Shown here in pieces: positions 51,086 to 60,086 of a stretch of DNA of 64,000 bases. Position 1 is the stretch's first letter. Each line of letters starts with the position of its first letter. A model generated the notes under the pieces. The model worked only from the letters and a program-made list of their open reading frames with translations. It had not been told where the DNA came from and did not search any database. Position numbers and translations under genes: made by a program. Origin of the DNA: Polyangiaceae bacterium (GTDB lineage: Bacteria > Myxococcota_A > Polyangia > Polyangiales > Polyangiaceae). Location of the stretch: contig CBDCTZ010000012.1 of the NCBI GenBank assembly GCA_965222375.1, positions 96,001-160,000 on the forward strand. Reading direction: 5' to 3'.

Positions 51086-52924
51086 TCAATGCACGGCGCC
51101 AACCAGCCAAGCGAAGGCGGGCACCAGTACTTCCTCAGCTGAGGCACCCCCACGGTGAGCGGCACTGGTGCCGCCGCCCATGGGTTCTAGTCGGAAACCG
51201 TGATCGGCGAAGATCAGCACCAAGGTGCGCGGGGATTGTTTGAGCAAGTGCTCGCCAAGGGCCTCCGCGGTTTCGTCGGCTAGCGCGTCCAGGCGTTCAA
51301 CGAGAGGAGCACCGGGAACGCTTATCGCCGACTCGATGATGTCCAGTTTGAGCAACTCGCGGTGCCCGGCGCGAATCCGACGCAGCGTGGCCGCCGCACG
51401 GCCGCGGGCCACGGGCACCTCGCTGATTGCGGCAGGATCCACCTCGCGCAGCCCCTGAGGGCCGCGCCCCAAGAGTTCCAGCTGCACCTCCGTGGTCGTG
51501 GGCAGGGCGGACCACATCAGCAGTCGCTCCGCCAGGGCCGCATGCTGCCCGACATGTCGCTTCACCCGCTCGTTGATGCGCAGCCCCAGATCGAAACGCA
51601 TGCCGTCGACCAGCACCAGCTGCACCGAGCGTGCGCCGTGTAGCCGTGCCATGCGCAACGCAATATCGGGAATATCGAGCACCATTGTCGGGCGCTTGCC
51701 GCGCATGCGCAGGGCGTCGAAGGCCTCCGTGTAGCTCTTCTCGAAGCTGTCCGCCCAAGTGGACAGCACTTCTGCGGCGCTTTCGTCGGCCTGGCCTCGG
51801 GCGACCGCTTCCGACAGCGGGACGTAGGACGAAACGAACATCCGCTCGATCACCGCAAGGGGCTTGGGTCCGCGGGCGCTTTCGAGATCCAGCATTAGGC
51901 TACGCACGTCCACCGGCTCTGGCTCCGGCAGGGGCTCGAGGGCCTCCGATTCAGCTGCCGCTGCGGCTTCCGGCTCCGGTGCGGGGGAGTCTGCGCTGAA
52001 CTCCGTTGCCCCGCTTTGGGCGGCGTCAGGGTCTTCCGTCTCGGCAGTGTCTGACTCAGTGTCCGCCGCCACGTAGGGCGCTTTGGTGACGGTTTCCGAG
52101 GCGGATGGCTCTTCGTTCCCACGCGCGTCGGGCGCCGGGACCGCGGGGCCTTCTTCTTCGGATCCCTCGGCGAGGAAGTCAGAAAAGTCGATTTCCTCCA
52201 TTCGGCGGTCATCGTCGCTTTCGACGTGCTCGTCGAAGAGAGTTGCCATCGCTCGAGCAAGGGCGTCCGCGTCCTGCTCGGCCACGGGCGGCGCGTCCAT
52301 GGGAGCCACGAGTTCGACTGTGGGTGGCGCGTCGCTCAGGTCCATGGCGCTCGAACTATCGCGCACCTCCGGTGCGGCGGCTGGCGCCGAGTATTCTCCC
52401 GAGACAGGGGTTTCATCCAGGGGAGCTGGCTCCACCAAGCGTCGCAGCGAGATCGGCTCGTCGTATACACCCAGAAAGCGATCCTGTGCCGCTAGCATCA
52501 TTCGGATCGGACGCTCACCAGCGGCGGCAATCCACCAGCGCAACACAGCGCTGTCTTCGGCGTCCAGCGCGCCAGCTAGGTTCGCGATGCCCTCCAGGGA
52601 GCCCATGGAGAGCAACAACGCTTCCGCGCCCACCAGGCGCGCCCGATACAGCTGGTCGCTCAGAGACGCGTCCAGATCGCTCGAGGCGCCTACTCCGGGA
52701 GGGGCAGCGCCTCGGCGGCCGAGCGCCTCCTCCACGGCGCTCTCGACGACCAGTGCCAGGCGCCCCCGCGCGGCTGGGCGGGGCGAGGCGACGCGAACGA
52801 CGAGAACTCCCTCGTCTTCCGCGGCCGACTCGAGTTCGGTTCGTGTCTCTTCGTCGACGATGCTCACTTCGCCGGATTCGATGTGTGCGCTTGCCTCTTC
52901 GGTTGCCGCCCAGGTCATCCACAT
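51086..52924 (-). CDS. Protein with acidic linker and C-terminal PglZ-like (alkaline phosphatase fold) domain
   Basis: VDGMRFD, SALPTTT, FADHG, GGASAEEVLVP. Confidence 0.78.
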   Translation of the reverse strand: MWMTWAATEEASAHIESGEVSIVDEETRTELESAAEDEGVLVVRVASPRPAARGRLALVVESAVEEALGRRGAAPPGVGASSDLDASLSDQLYRARLVGAEALLLSMGSLEGIANLAGALDAEDSAVLRWWIAAAGERPIRMMLAAQDRFLGVYDEPISLRRLVEPAPLDETPVSGEYSAPAAAPEVRDSSSAMDLSDAPPTVELVAPMDAPPVAEQDADALARAMATLFDEHVESDDDRRMEEIDFSDFLAEGSEEEGPAVPAPDARGNEEPSASETVTKAPYVAADTESDTAETEDPDAAQSGATEFSADSPAPEPEAAAAAESEALEPLPEPEPVDVRSLMLDLESARGPKPLAVIERMFVSSYVPLSEAVARGQADESAAEVLSTWADSFEKSYTEAFDALRMRGKRPTMVLDIPDIALRMARLHGARSVQLVLVDGMRFDLGLRINERVKRHVGQHAALAERLLMWSALPTTTEVQLELLGRGPQGLREVDPAAISEVPVARGRAAATLRRIRAGHRELLKLDIIESAISVPGAPLVERLDALADETAEALGEHLLKQSPRTLVLIFADHGFRLEPMGGGTSAAHRGGASAEEVLVPAFAWLVGAVH

Positions 52925-53652
52925 CCAGTGCCTGTTTTGGGGCGAAATGGCCCACTTTTCATCGCAAACTACTGGACTATTGCGGCGCTAGCTTCGGATC
53001 CGAGCGTTTTTCGCCTTGCAGTGCCCCGCAGGCCGCAGGACAGCCCTCCGGCGGCCGTCTGGGCCCGCGCGCCGGTCCCTTCGAAAGGGCGCTCCCAAGC
53101 CTCCCGGTGCCGAGCTTGGCGGGGTGTGTTTCCAGTGGCTCCACCGACTGCGCCGGTTGGTTTTGTCCTTCGGTCGTAGCAAGGTCCAGGGCCCAACCCG
53201 ACCCGGCATGCCTGCTCCCGCGTGTGGCCTCGACCAGCGTCACCAGTTTCGAAACCGGGTAACCTGCGCTCTTCCTCAGCGCGCTGCTCCAACTTCGAGT
53301 CGTCGTCCGATTCCGATGGTCCGAGCAGGCGCGCAACTTCGTAGCCGGCGGAGTGGCCCCGATCGACTCGAAGGTGGCGAGGGCGTCGTTACCTGTTGGC
53401 GGCTGCGCACGCGTCACGCCCGCGGCGCTCGGGTCGCTCATTCCTCGACCCTCATCGGGTGTGCTTTGCGGCTCGTCATAGGCTGCGGTTGCCGAAACTG
53501 ACTCAGCGATGCTCGTCCTGACCCGATTGTCAAGACGCCAAGATCAACGCCGCTCGACTCCAAGCGCCGCGCTTGTCAAGTGTGATCGTCAAGCTTTGCG
53601 TGGGCCGCAGCTCGCGCTCGCCACAATCGCACTTGGCCCGAAGGTTGCGCCG

Positions 53653-53681
53653 TTGACTAGTGCGCCCTGGATAAATACCAT
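53653..53681 (+). promoter_or_regulatory. Sigma70-type promoter of the putative 6S RNA
   Basis: TTGACT-N17-TACCAT. Confidence 0.7.
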
Positions 53682-53886
53682 TTGGATGGTTCCCTCTGCG
53701 GGGCCCGATAGGAGCGCAGTAACGAATCCCGATTAAGTATACGAACCGGGTGACCCACCCCCGCGACCGAGAGTTAGGCCCGGATTTCTTCACCGGGAAA
53801 CCGGAGGTCCCGGGGAGTCTCCCACCTAGCAATGCTAGGGGTTCGTACTTCGCACATCCCTCGGCTCAGGCGGTCAGGAATCCAAG
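53682..53886 (+). ncRNA. ssrS: Probable 6S RNA
   Basis: About 200-nt rod: ends pair (TTGGAT..TTCC / GGAATCCAA), TACGAACC 53740-47 pairs with GGTTCGTA 53840-47, CCCACCT-hairpin-GGGTTC signature typical of 6S; promoter upstream and hairpin downstream; boundaries approximate. Confidence 0.65.
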
Positions 53887-53918
53887 GAACGGGTCGGCGT
53901 GAAAGCGCTGGCCCGTTC
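53887..53918 (+). terminator. 14-bp hairpin with GAAA loop after the putative 6S RNA
   Basis: GAACGGGTCGGCGT-GAAA-GCGCTGGCCCGTTC; no U-tract. Confidence 0.55.
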
Positions 53919-54052
53919 GCCTATGGCCCCCTTGGCTCCAGAGCCCGATCCGAGCTCACTAGCTTGGCAATTGGCTGCCCCCTGGGCGCGCTCGGTGATT
54001 GGCAAATGCCGCCCTTTTCGTAGCCCCAGCTCTCGACTACCGTGGCAGGGAG

Positions 54053-54814
54053 ATGAAAGCGGGTACAGGCAGGGAGATTCGGTTGCTGTTGGTGGGGTTG
54101 GCGATGCTCGGCGTCGCGAGTACGGCTGAAGCCAGCAAGGTCAAGGGCAAGGTTGCCAACTGGCAGAACTTGGTGAATCCGGTTTGGCACGAAGCCAGGG
54201 ATCCCAAGAAGCGGGGCTATTCCTTCCGGGAGCCCGTGCCGACGGTGCGTGCTGAGATGCGTCGCCTTTTTCCGCACATTCCCAAGGAGCTTTGCATTGC
54301 TGCTCTCGCGACCACCAAGCAACCTGCGCCAAAGATCCCGGTGTTGATTCGCGTGGGCGGGGGCCGCACCACCCCCGTCACAATCGTTGTTCCTCCGGGC
54401 ACTCAGTTGCAGTTCAAGAACACGGATCCCTTCAAACATCGGCTCTACGCCGTCGGTGTGAAGGAGTTCGGTCCATCCGACACCATCAAAGGCAACGTAC
54501 GAGCGTGGACCGTACCCAAGGCCGGCTCCTTCGAGATCCGTGACGAGCTGGCTCCCAGCTTACGCTTCTGGGTGATCGCCGAACCGAACGTGGCCGGCAT
54601 CGCTTATCCCTCCTTGAAAGGAGACTTCCTCCTGACGGTGGAAGGCGAGGGTGAACACACCGTGCAAGCGTACTTCTCGGGCAAGAAAGTCGGACCCCCA
54701 ACCACCGTCGAACTAAAGGGGCGGGATGTCGACATTTCCCGTAAGCCCATCAAAGTCGCGAAGTCGAAGCCGAAGAAAAAGAAGAAAGCCGACGACGAGG
54801 AGAAGGGCAAGTAA
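54053..54814 (+). CDS. Secreted hypothetical protein (cupredoxin-like beta-sandwich without clear Cu ligands)
   Basis: Signal peptide; IVVPPGTQLQFKNTDPFKH. Confidence 0.72.
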   Translation: MKAGTGREIRLLLVGLAMLGVASTAEASKVKGKVANWQNLVNPVWHEARDPKKRGYSFREPVPTVRAEMRRLFPHIPKELCIAALATTKQPAPKIPVLIRVGGGRTTPVTIVVPPGTQLQFKNTDPFKHRLYAVGVKEFGPSDTIKGNVRAWTVPKAGSFEIRDELAPSLRFWVIAEPNVAGIAYPSLKGDFLLTVEGEGEHTVQAYFSGKKVGPPTTVELKGRDVDISRKPIKVAKSKPKKKKKADDEEKGK

Positions 54815-56478
54815 TGCTGCTTTCGCGCTTCTGGTACGTCGTGCTCGCCATGGTGCTGGGCGCGGCAATCTTCGTGCTGTTTCTGGCCACGAGTATGTAT
54901 AACCGTGCCGGCGCCCGCGCCATGGGAGAGGGCTTGAGTGCGGATGCCCAGGTGGTCTCCTGGTACCTGAAAGACGATGCTCGGCAGCGCTCAGCCCAGC
55001 TGATCAAGTTTGCCCTCAATCGAGATATCGCCAAGTACCTGCACAAGAGCAGTGGGAGCGAAGGTGCTCGGCCGCCCGCTGAGGCCAAGGACAAGGTTGG
55101 AGCTGCCCTCAGGGCGGTGAACGAGAAGATCGACAAGGAGTTCCAATTCGATGCGGTCTTTGCCGTAGATCAGCACGGGCGTGTCGTGGGCCAGATCGGC
55201 TACGAGCAAGCCAGTGGCATGGAAGACTTCGAGCTGGGAGGCTACCCGGTCGTCGCCGACGCTCTGCATGGCTACATCCGCGACGACACGCTGGTGCTCG
55301 ATCGCATCTACCGCGTGGTGACCCGGCCCGTGGAATACGACTTGGGGCAATTGCCGGCCGGCGCAATCGTCGGTGCCCGCATCATCGACGATCGCTTTGC
55401 TCGTGAGCTGAGCAGTCGCACTGGCGCTGCCGTCGCATTCTACACTCGCGGCACACGCGTTGCGTCCGGCGCCCCCGAGGGCTTCGACCGCAGTCAGCTG
55501 GACCAAATCGTCAGCGATTTGCCGAACTTGGAGCAGGACGCGGAATACCGAGAAAAGGGACGGAGCAACATCCGCACTCTGGCTAAGAGTCTGGGGGTGC
55601 AATACACGCGCCTTCCCGGTGAGGCCTGGGAACTCGGGGCTGGCTTCGCCGTGGGCCGGCTGCCCAGCCAGGTCAATGGTCCGATGGGCTTCTTCAAGAC
55701 CGCTGATGACAAGGACAAGAAGCAAGCGAACATCCCCCTCGTCGTGGGGCTTGCCCTGGCGGCCATGGTTCTGGGCTTAGTTTTTTCGGTCTTTGAGCAC
55801 TCCCGCCCACTCTGGATCTTCCGGCGGGAAGCCCATCGTCTGGCCAAAGGTGAGGCGGATCAGATGCAGCCCAGCAAGTTCCGCGGCGTGTATCGCAAGA
55901 TCGCGGTGGACCTCAACGACGGCATCGATGTCGTTGCGGCCAAGGGCGGGGTTCCCCGGCGCGCCGCCGACTTGGGTCAGGTCCTGGGTGACTTGCCCGC
56001 CGAACCCCAGATGAGCGCCTTCAGCTTTCCCGGAGATTCCGAAGCGCCAACGGCTCCTCCAAGCCCATCGGACCATCCCTCCGCTGCTGCTGCGTCGCCC
56101 AAGCCCATGCCCGTCGCGCCCGCCGCCAAGCGGCCGCCGCCCCAGCCCGCAGGCCAGGGCCTCGACACCACGATGCCTTCCGAGGGCGTCGGCTCTGCGC
56201 CGGGGCGACCGCCTCCGCGACGAGCGCCGCCAGCGCCCAGCAGCGGTGGCGCTGCCGCACCCGAAGCTGCGGAGTGGCGCGGGGTGTACGAAGAGTTCGT
56301 TGCGACGAAACGCAAGTGCAACGAGAACGTAGAGGGCTTCACCTACGAGAAGTTCGAGCAGACCTTGAAGAAGAACCGCGATGCCTTGGTGCAACGCCAC
56401 GGCGCAAAGCGCGTGAAGTTCTCCGTCTACGTCAAAGAAGGCAAAGCAGCGCTCAAGGCCAGCCCAATCAAAGAATGA
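54814..56478 (+). CDS. MXAN_5187-family membrane protein
   Basis: 2 TM with Cache-like periplasmic part, Pro linker, C-terminal YEEFVATK..F...L.K..VKFSVYVKEGKAALKA. Confidence 0.8.
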   Translation: MLLSRFWYVVLAMVLGAAIFVLFLATSMYNRAGARAMGEGLSADAQVVSWYLKDDARQRSAQLIKFALNRDIAKYLHKSSGSEGARPPAEAKDKVGAALRAVNEKIDKEFQFDAVFAVDQHGRVVGQIGYEQASGMEDFELGGYPVVADALHGYIRDDTLVLDRIYRVVTRPVEYDLGQLPAGAIVGARIIDDRFARELSSRTGAAVAFYTRGTRVASGAPEGFDRSQLDQIVSDLPNLEQDAEYREKGRSNIRTLAKSLGVQYTRLPGEAWELGAGFAVGRLPSQVNGPMGFFKTADDKDKKQANIPLVVGLALAAMVLGLVFSVFEHSRPLWIFRREAHRLAKGEADQMQPSKFRGVYRKIAVDLNDGIDVVAAKGGVPRRAADLGQVLGDLPAEPQMSAFSFPGDSEAPTAPPSPSDHPSAAAASPKPMPVAPAAKRPPPQPAGQGLDTTMPSEGVGSAPGRPPPRRAPPAPSSGGAAAPEAAEWRGVYEEFVATKRKCNENVEGFTYEKFEQTLKKNRDALVQRHGAKRVKFSVYVKEGKAALKASPIKE

Positions 56479-57998
56479 TGTCCAAGGCGCTGCCCCTCAG
56501 GCTGACGCAAGCGGCCGTCCTCGCTGCGACGCTCCTGCCGGCGCAGGCGCGGGCGACCGACGTTTTGGATTTCGCGGAACTCGGTACCCAGAGCATGGGG
56601 CGGGGAGGCGCTTGGGTCGCGCGAGCTACCAGCCCGCTAGCCACTTTCTACAACCCGGCGGGGCTCGCTGGTCAGCGCAGCGGGGTCTCTTTGGACGTGG
56701 CCCTCGTCTTCGACAAGATCTGTTTCACGCGTGCCGGGGACGGGAGCACTTTGCAGAGCGGTGTGGCGTATCCGGGTGAGATATGTAGCGAGTCGGGTCC
56801 GGAAGCTCTCCCCGCAGTGGCTGGGGTCTACGGGCTGATGGACGAACTGGGCATTGGCCTCAGCGTGGCGCCGCCGAGTCTATACGGTGGCATCCGATTT
56901 CCGGAAACCGTCAAAGGCCGCAACATCGCAGGCGCGGACGCCCAGTTCCCGTCACCGCAGCGCTATCTCCTATTGGAATCCGACGGACTATTTCTCAACA
57001 CGACCCTGTCCGCCGGCTATGCCATCACGCCGCAGGTGCGGGTCGGCGCTGGATTCATCTGGGGGCTCGCCAATTACAAGCTCGCCAACGCCAACCAAAG
57101 CGTCCCGGTTACGCCGCAGCCAGATGGCTCCTACCGGGATCCAGAAATCACGGATGTGCGCGCCGCCATCGACGTGACGGATTTGTTCATTCCCGGCGTC
57201 GTCCTGGGCGTGTTGGTTTCGCCGCTTCATCAGTTGGATGTGGGGCTCACCGTGACGGCCCAAGAGGCCTTTGATGGTCATGGCGATTTGGAGACCAAGT
57301 CCAACTATTGGACAGGCGCGGGCGTCTCGAACAACCCCACCGTAGGCAACAGCAGCGACGCCGGCGCGGATTTGGCACACTTCCGACTCCCCAATCCGTT
57401 GGATGTGCGCCTCGGCGCGCGCTTCCATTGGCCGCGGGATGACGCGCCGCCGAGCCCCGAGCGCGACCCCCTCGTCGACGACGTTTTCGACTTCGAAGTG
57501 GACGTTTCCTACACTCGCAATAGCGCCTACCAAGAAGCACGGTTGCGCTTTCCTGCGGAGCCCATCATCGAGGTCAAAGGCACGGGTGGTCGAACGCCAC
57601 AGAACGCCGATGTCCCGTTCAAATTGAAGGGCGACACGCTGGGCCTGCGCGTGGGTGGGGACTTCATCGTTCTGCCCGGGCGCCTCGCGGTACGTGCCGG
57701 CGGTTGGTACGAACCCGACGTGCAACGCTCCGAGTTCCTCAACGTCGCTTTGCTCGCCAGTCAGCGCATAGGGCTCGCGGCCGGCGCGCAACTCCGCTTG
57801 GCTTTCGTGGACATCGAATTTTCCGCCATGCACGTCATGTTCGAGGAAGTGGACAACGGTGGAAACGGCCGCACCCTCGCGGTCAGCGGCGACGCCGGCG
57901 CCATCCCCATCCCGTTCCGCTCCGCCTACGCCGTCAACGGCGGCAAAGTCAGCCGCTCCGCCACCATCCTGTCCCTGGGTGGAACCGCGCGTTTCTAA
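56475..57998 (+). CDS. FadL/TodX-family outer-membrane transporter
   Basis: SMGRGGA..FYNPAGL; beta-barrel strands; terminal Phe. Confidence 0.85.
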   Translation: MMSKALPLRLTQAAVLAATLLPAQARATDVLDFAELGTQSMGRGGAWVARATSPLATFYNPAGLAGQRSGVSLDVALVFDKICFTRAGDGSTLQSGVAYPGEICSESGPEALPAVAGVYGLMDELGIGLSVAPPSLYGGIRFPETVKGRNIAGADAQFPSPQRYLLLESDGLFLNTTLSAGYAITPQVRVGAGFIWGLANYKLANANQSVPVTPQPDGSYRDPEITDVRAAIDVTDLFIPGVVLGVLVSPLHQLDVGLTVTAQEAFDGHGDLETKSNYWTGAGVSNNPTVGNSSDAGADLAHFRLPNPLDVRLGARFHWPRDDAPPSPERDPLVDDVFDFEVDVSYTRNSAYQEARLRFPAEPIIEVKGTGGRTPQNADVPFKLKGDTLGLRVGGDFIVLPGRLAVRAGGWYEPDVQRSEFLNVALLASQRIGLAAGAQLRLAFVDIEFSAMHVMFEEVDNGGNGRTLAVSGDAGAIPIPFRSAYAVNGGKVSRSATILSLGGTARF

Positions 57999-58221
57999 GT
58001 TGTCTTTATGGGGGGGTCGACGCGCTTCGTGACACCCGACGGGGTGAGCCCTGGGGCGGCACAGGGCCACTAGGCAGAAACAGAAGGGCTCGCTGGCGCC
58101 ATCGCGGCTTCGACCTCTCTGCCACCACCCAGCAGTATTGCCTGTTTCCTTCGATGTGGGTCCGGCGAAGCCAGGTGGGTAACTACTCTCGAGCTGGGCC
58201 ACGGGTTGGCGCCGGCGCGCG

Positions 58222-58333
58222 GAGGAGCACGACGTCGACGGGAACGCCGACGGAGACGCCGACGCTAACGCCGACGTGGGCGCCGACGGGAACGCGGACG
58301 CGGAGGTGCAGGACAAGGTGCAGGTGCAGGACA
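58222..58333 (+). repeat. GACGCC/GACG-based hexamer tract upstream of the four-helix pseudogene
   Basis: GACGTC GACGGG AACGCC GACGGA GACGCC GACGCT AACGCC GACGTG...; same polarity relative to the gene as the GGACG array of copy 2. Confidence 0.75.
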
Positions 58334-58456
58334 ACACATCGCTTACACATTTGAGTGGTTCAGTTGACAGGCCCTCCTTGTTTTTTGTGGGTTGGATGAC
58401 TGGTTGGGGGTTGCATTCGCAGCTTGTGGAGGGACGTCGATCTACGTCGGTTTTCT

Positions 58457-58484
58457 AAAGCTCCTTCTTCGGTGAAGGAGCTTT
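58457..58484 (+). promoter_or_regulatory. 11-bp hairpin sequestering the SD
   Basis: AAAGCTCCTTC-TTCGGT-GAAGGAGCTTT; covaries with 7121-7154. Confidence 0.75.
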
Positions 58485-58493
58485 CGAATCATC

Positions 58494-58892
58494 ATGAATC
58501 CATCAACACAGTCTCTACTTCCACATCATCGCTTGCAGGCGTATCGCGTAGCGCTCGAGTTCTTGGCTGCCGTGAAAGCTGCGAATATCTGAGACCGCGT
58601 GGATCGCGAGCCCCGCAAGGGGGTTCCTTTCAGTCTCAAGCTATTCGTGCAGCGAAGGCTGTTTGTCGGAACTTGGCCGAAGCCACGGGTCGTGTATCGC
58701 GCTTGACCCCACAAGGGGGTTCCCTTCGGTCTTAAGGCCCGCGTCTTCAGGATTGCTCGAGGCGAGACCGTGGAAGCGATCGCCACGACTGAGATCGCCG
58801 TGGAAGCTGGCGACGCCTCGGCCGAGGCGCTGCCCAGGGTTCTCGATCGCGGCAACGCGCTCTATGCCATGCTCAGCGCGCTCTCACGCTGA
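58494..58892 (+). pseudogene. Four helix bundle pseudogene (paralogue of 6767-7114)
   Basis: MNPSTQSLLPHHRLQAYRVALEFLAAVKAANI*DRVDR[ins]QAIRAAKAVCRNLAEATGRVSR[ins]KARVF..ALSR*; TGA at codon 33; 399 vs 348 nt. Confidence 0.92.
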
Positions 58893-58904
58893 GCCGTTCC
58901 CACC

Positions 58905-59037
58905 AGCGCTAGCGCCCGCGCCCGCCCTCACGCCCGCCCCCATGCTCACCCACCCATGGGCCTCCCTCATGCTCACGTTCACGCGCCCGCGCTCGCCCCC
59001 ACGCCCACGCCCGCCCTCACTCCCGTAACGCTCTGAA
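58905..59037 (-). repeat. Hexamer tandem tract downstream of the pseudogene
   Basis: GCGCCC/ACGCCC/GCTCAC periodicity; GCGCTCGCCCCCACGCCC.CGCCCGCCC.CAC and TCTGAA shared with the 3' flank of copy 2. Confidence 0.8.
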
Positions 59038-59111
59038 ATAATAAACATAATCGAGTTCAATCAGCGGGGGCGTGAACGCTTCTCCAGATCGAGGCATGGT
59101 CGTGGCTTGCC

Positions 59112-60074
59112 ATGACTGAGCCGCGTGAACATCCCGTCGTCATCGTGGGCTCCGGCCCCGCGGGGCTGACGGCTGCCATCTATGCCGCCCGGGCGAATCT
59201 GAAGCCGGTCTGCGTGGAGGGCTTCAGCGCTGGCGGCTTGGTTCCTGGCGGTCAGTTGATGTTCACCACGGAGATCGAGAACTATCCGGGGTTTCCGAAG
59301 GGGATCACTGGGCAGGATTTGATGCAGGCCTTTCGCGATCAAGCGGAGCACCAAGGGGTCGAGCTGATCACGGCGGACGTGCAGAAAGTCGACCTCTCTT
59401 CGCGGCCGTTCAAGGTGTGGGTGGGCGAGGAAGAAAACGAGCTGCACCTGGCCCAGGCGTTGATCATCGCGACCGGGGCGCGTGCCAACTATCTCGGCTT
59501 GGAAAGCGAAGAGAAACTCAAGAACAAGGGCGTGAGCGCCTGCGCGGTCTGCGATGGCGCGCTCTTCCGCGGCGAGGACGTCGTCGTGGTCGGTGGCGGG
59601 GACGCAGCCATGGAAGAGGCGACGTACCTCGCTGGCCTGTGCAAGAGTGTCACCATCATTCATCGACGTGACGAGTTTCGCGCGAGCTACGCCATGCAAC
59701 AGCGCGCCTTCGCTCACCCGAAGATCCAGGTGCTGAGGAGCTCTGTCGTGGATGAAGTGCTCGACCCGGATCAGGACAAGGTGACGGGCGTGCGCGCGCG
59801 GGATGTGAAGAGCGGCGAGGTGCGTGATATCGATTGCGCCGCCATGTTCGTGGCCATCGGACACACGCCTCTGACAGAGCTCTTTGTCGGGCAACTGGAG
59901 CTGCATGACAACGGCTACCTGCGGACCACCCCCGGAACGTCGAAGACCAGCGTTCCGGGGGTGTTTGCCGCAGGAGACGTTGCGGATTTCGTCTATCGTC
60001 AGGCCGTTACGGCCGCGGGTACGGGCTGCATGGCAGCTCTGGACGCCGAACGCTTCTTGAAGCACCAAGGATGA
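59112..60074 (+). CDS. trxB: Thioredoxin reductase
   Basis: GSGPAG, GGQL..T.IENYPG, CAVCDG, GGGDAA, AAGDV..YRQA. Confidence 0.97.
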   Translation: MTEPREHPVVIVGSGPAGLTAAIYAARANLKPVCVEGFSAGGLVPGGQLMFTTEIENYPGFPKGITGQDLMQAFRDQAEHQGVELITADVQKVDLSSRPFKVWVGEEENELHLAQALIIATGARANYLGLESEEKLKNKGVSACAVCDGALFRGEDVVVVGGGDAAMEEATYLAGLCKSVTIIHRRDEFRASYAMQQRAFAHPKIQVLRSSVVDEVLDPDQDKVTGVRARDVKSGEVRDIDCAAMFVAIGHTPLTELFVGQLELHDNGYLRTTPGTSKTSVPGVFAAGDVADFVYRQAVTAAGTGCMAALDAERFLKHQG

Positions 60075-60086
60075 ACAGGCGCTTTC

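Noticed and set aside
51086..52924. Complete BREX defence system
   Set aside because: Only a PglZ-like domain; no other brx/pgl genes nearby
58590..58640. Selenocysteine UGA with SECIS-like hairpin
   Set aside because: The TGA aligns with Arg in the intact paralogue, the hairpin is the frameshifting insert, and read-through reaches another stop at about 58704
58494..58892. Frame restoration by the two inserts (26+25=51 nt)
   Set aside because: The net length is a multiple of three, but the shifted middle segment contains a stop and an upstream TGA exists
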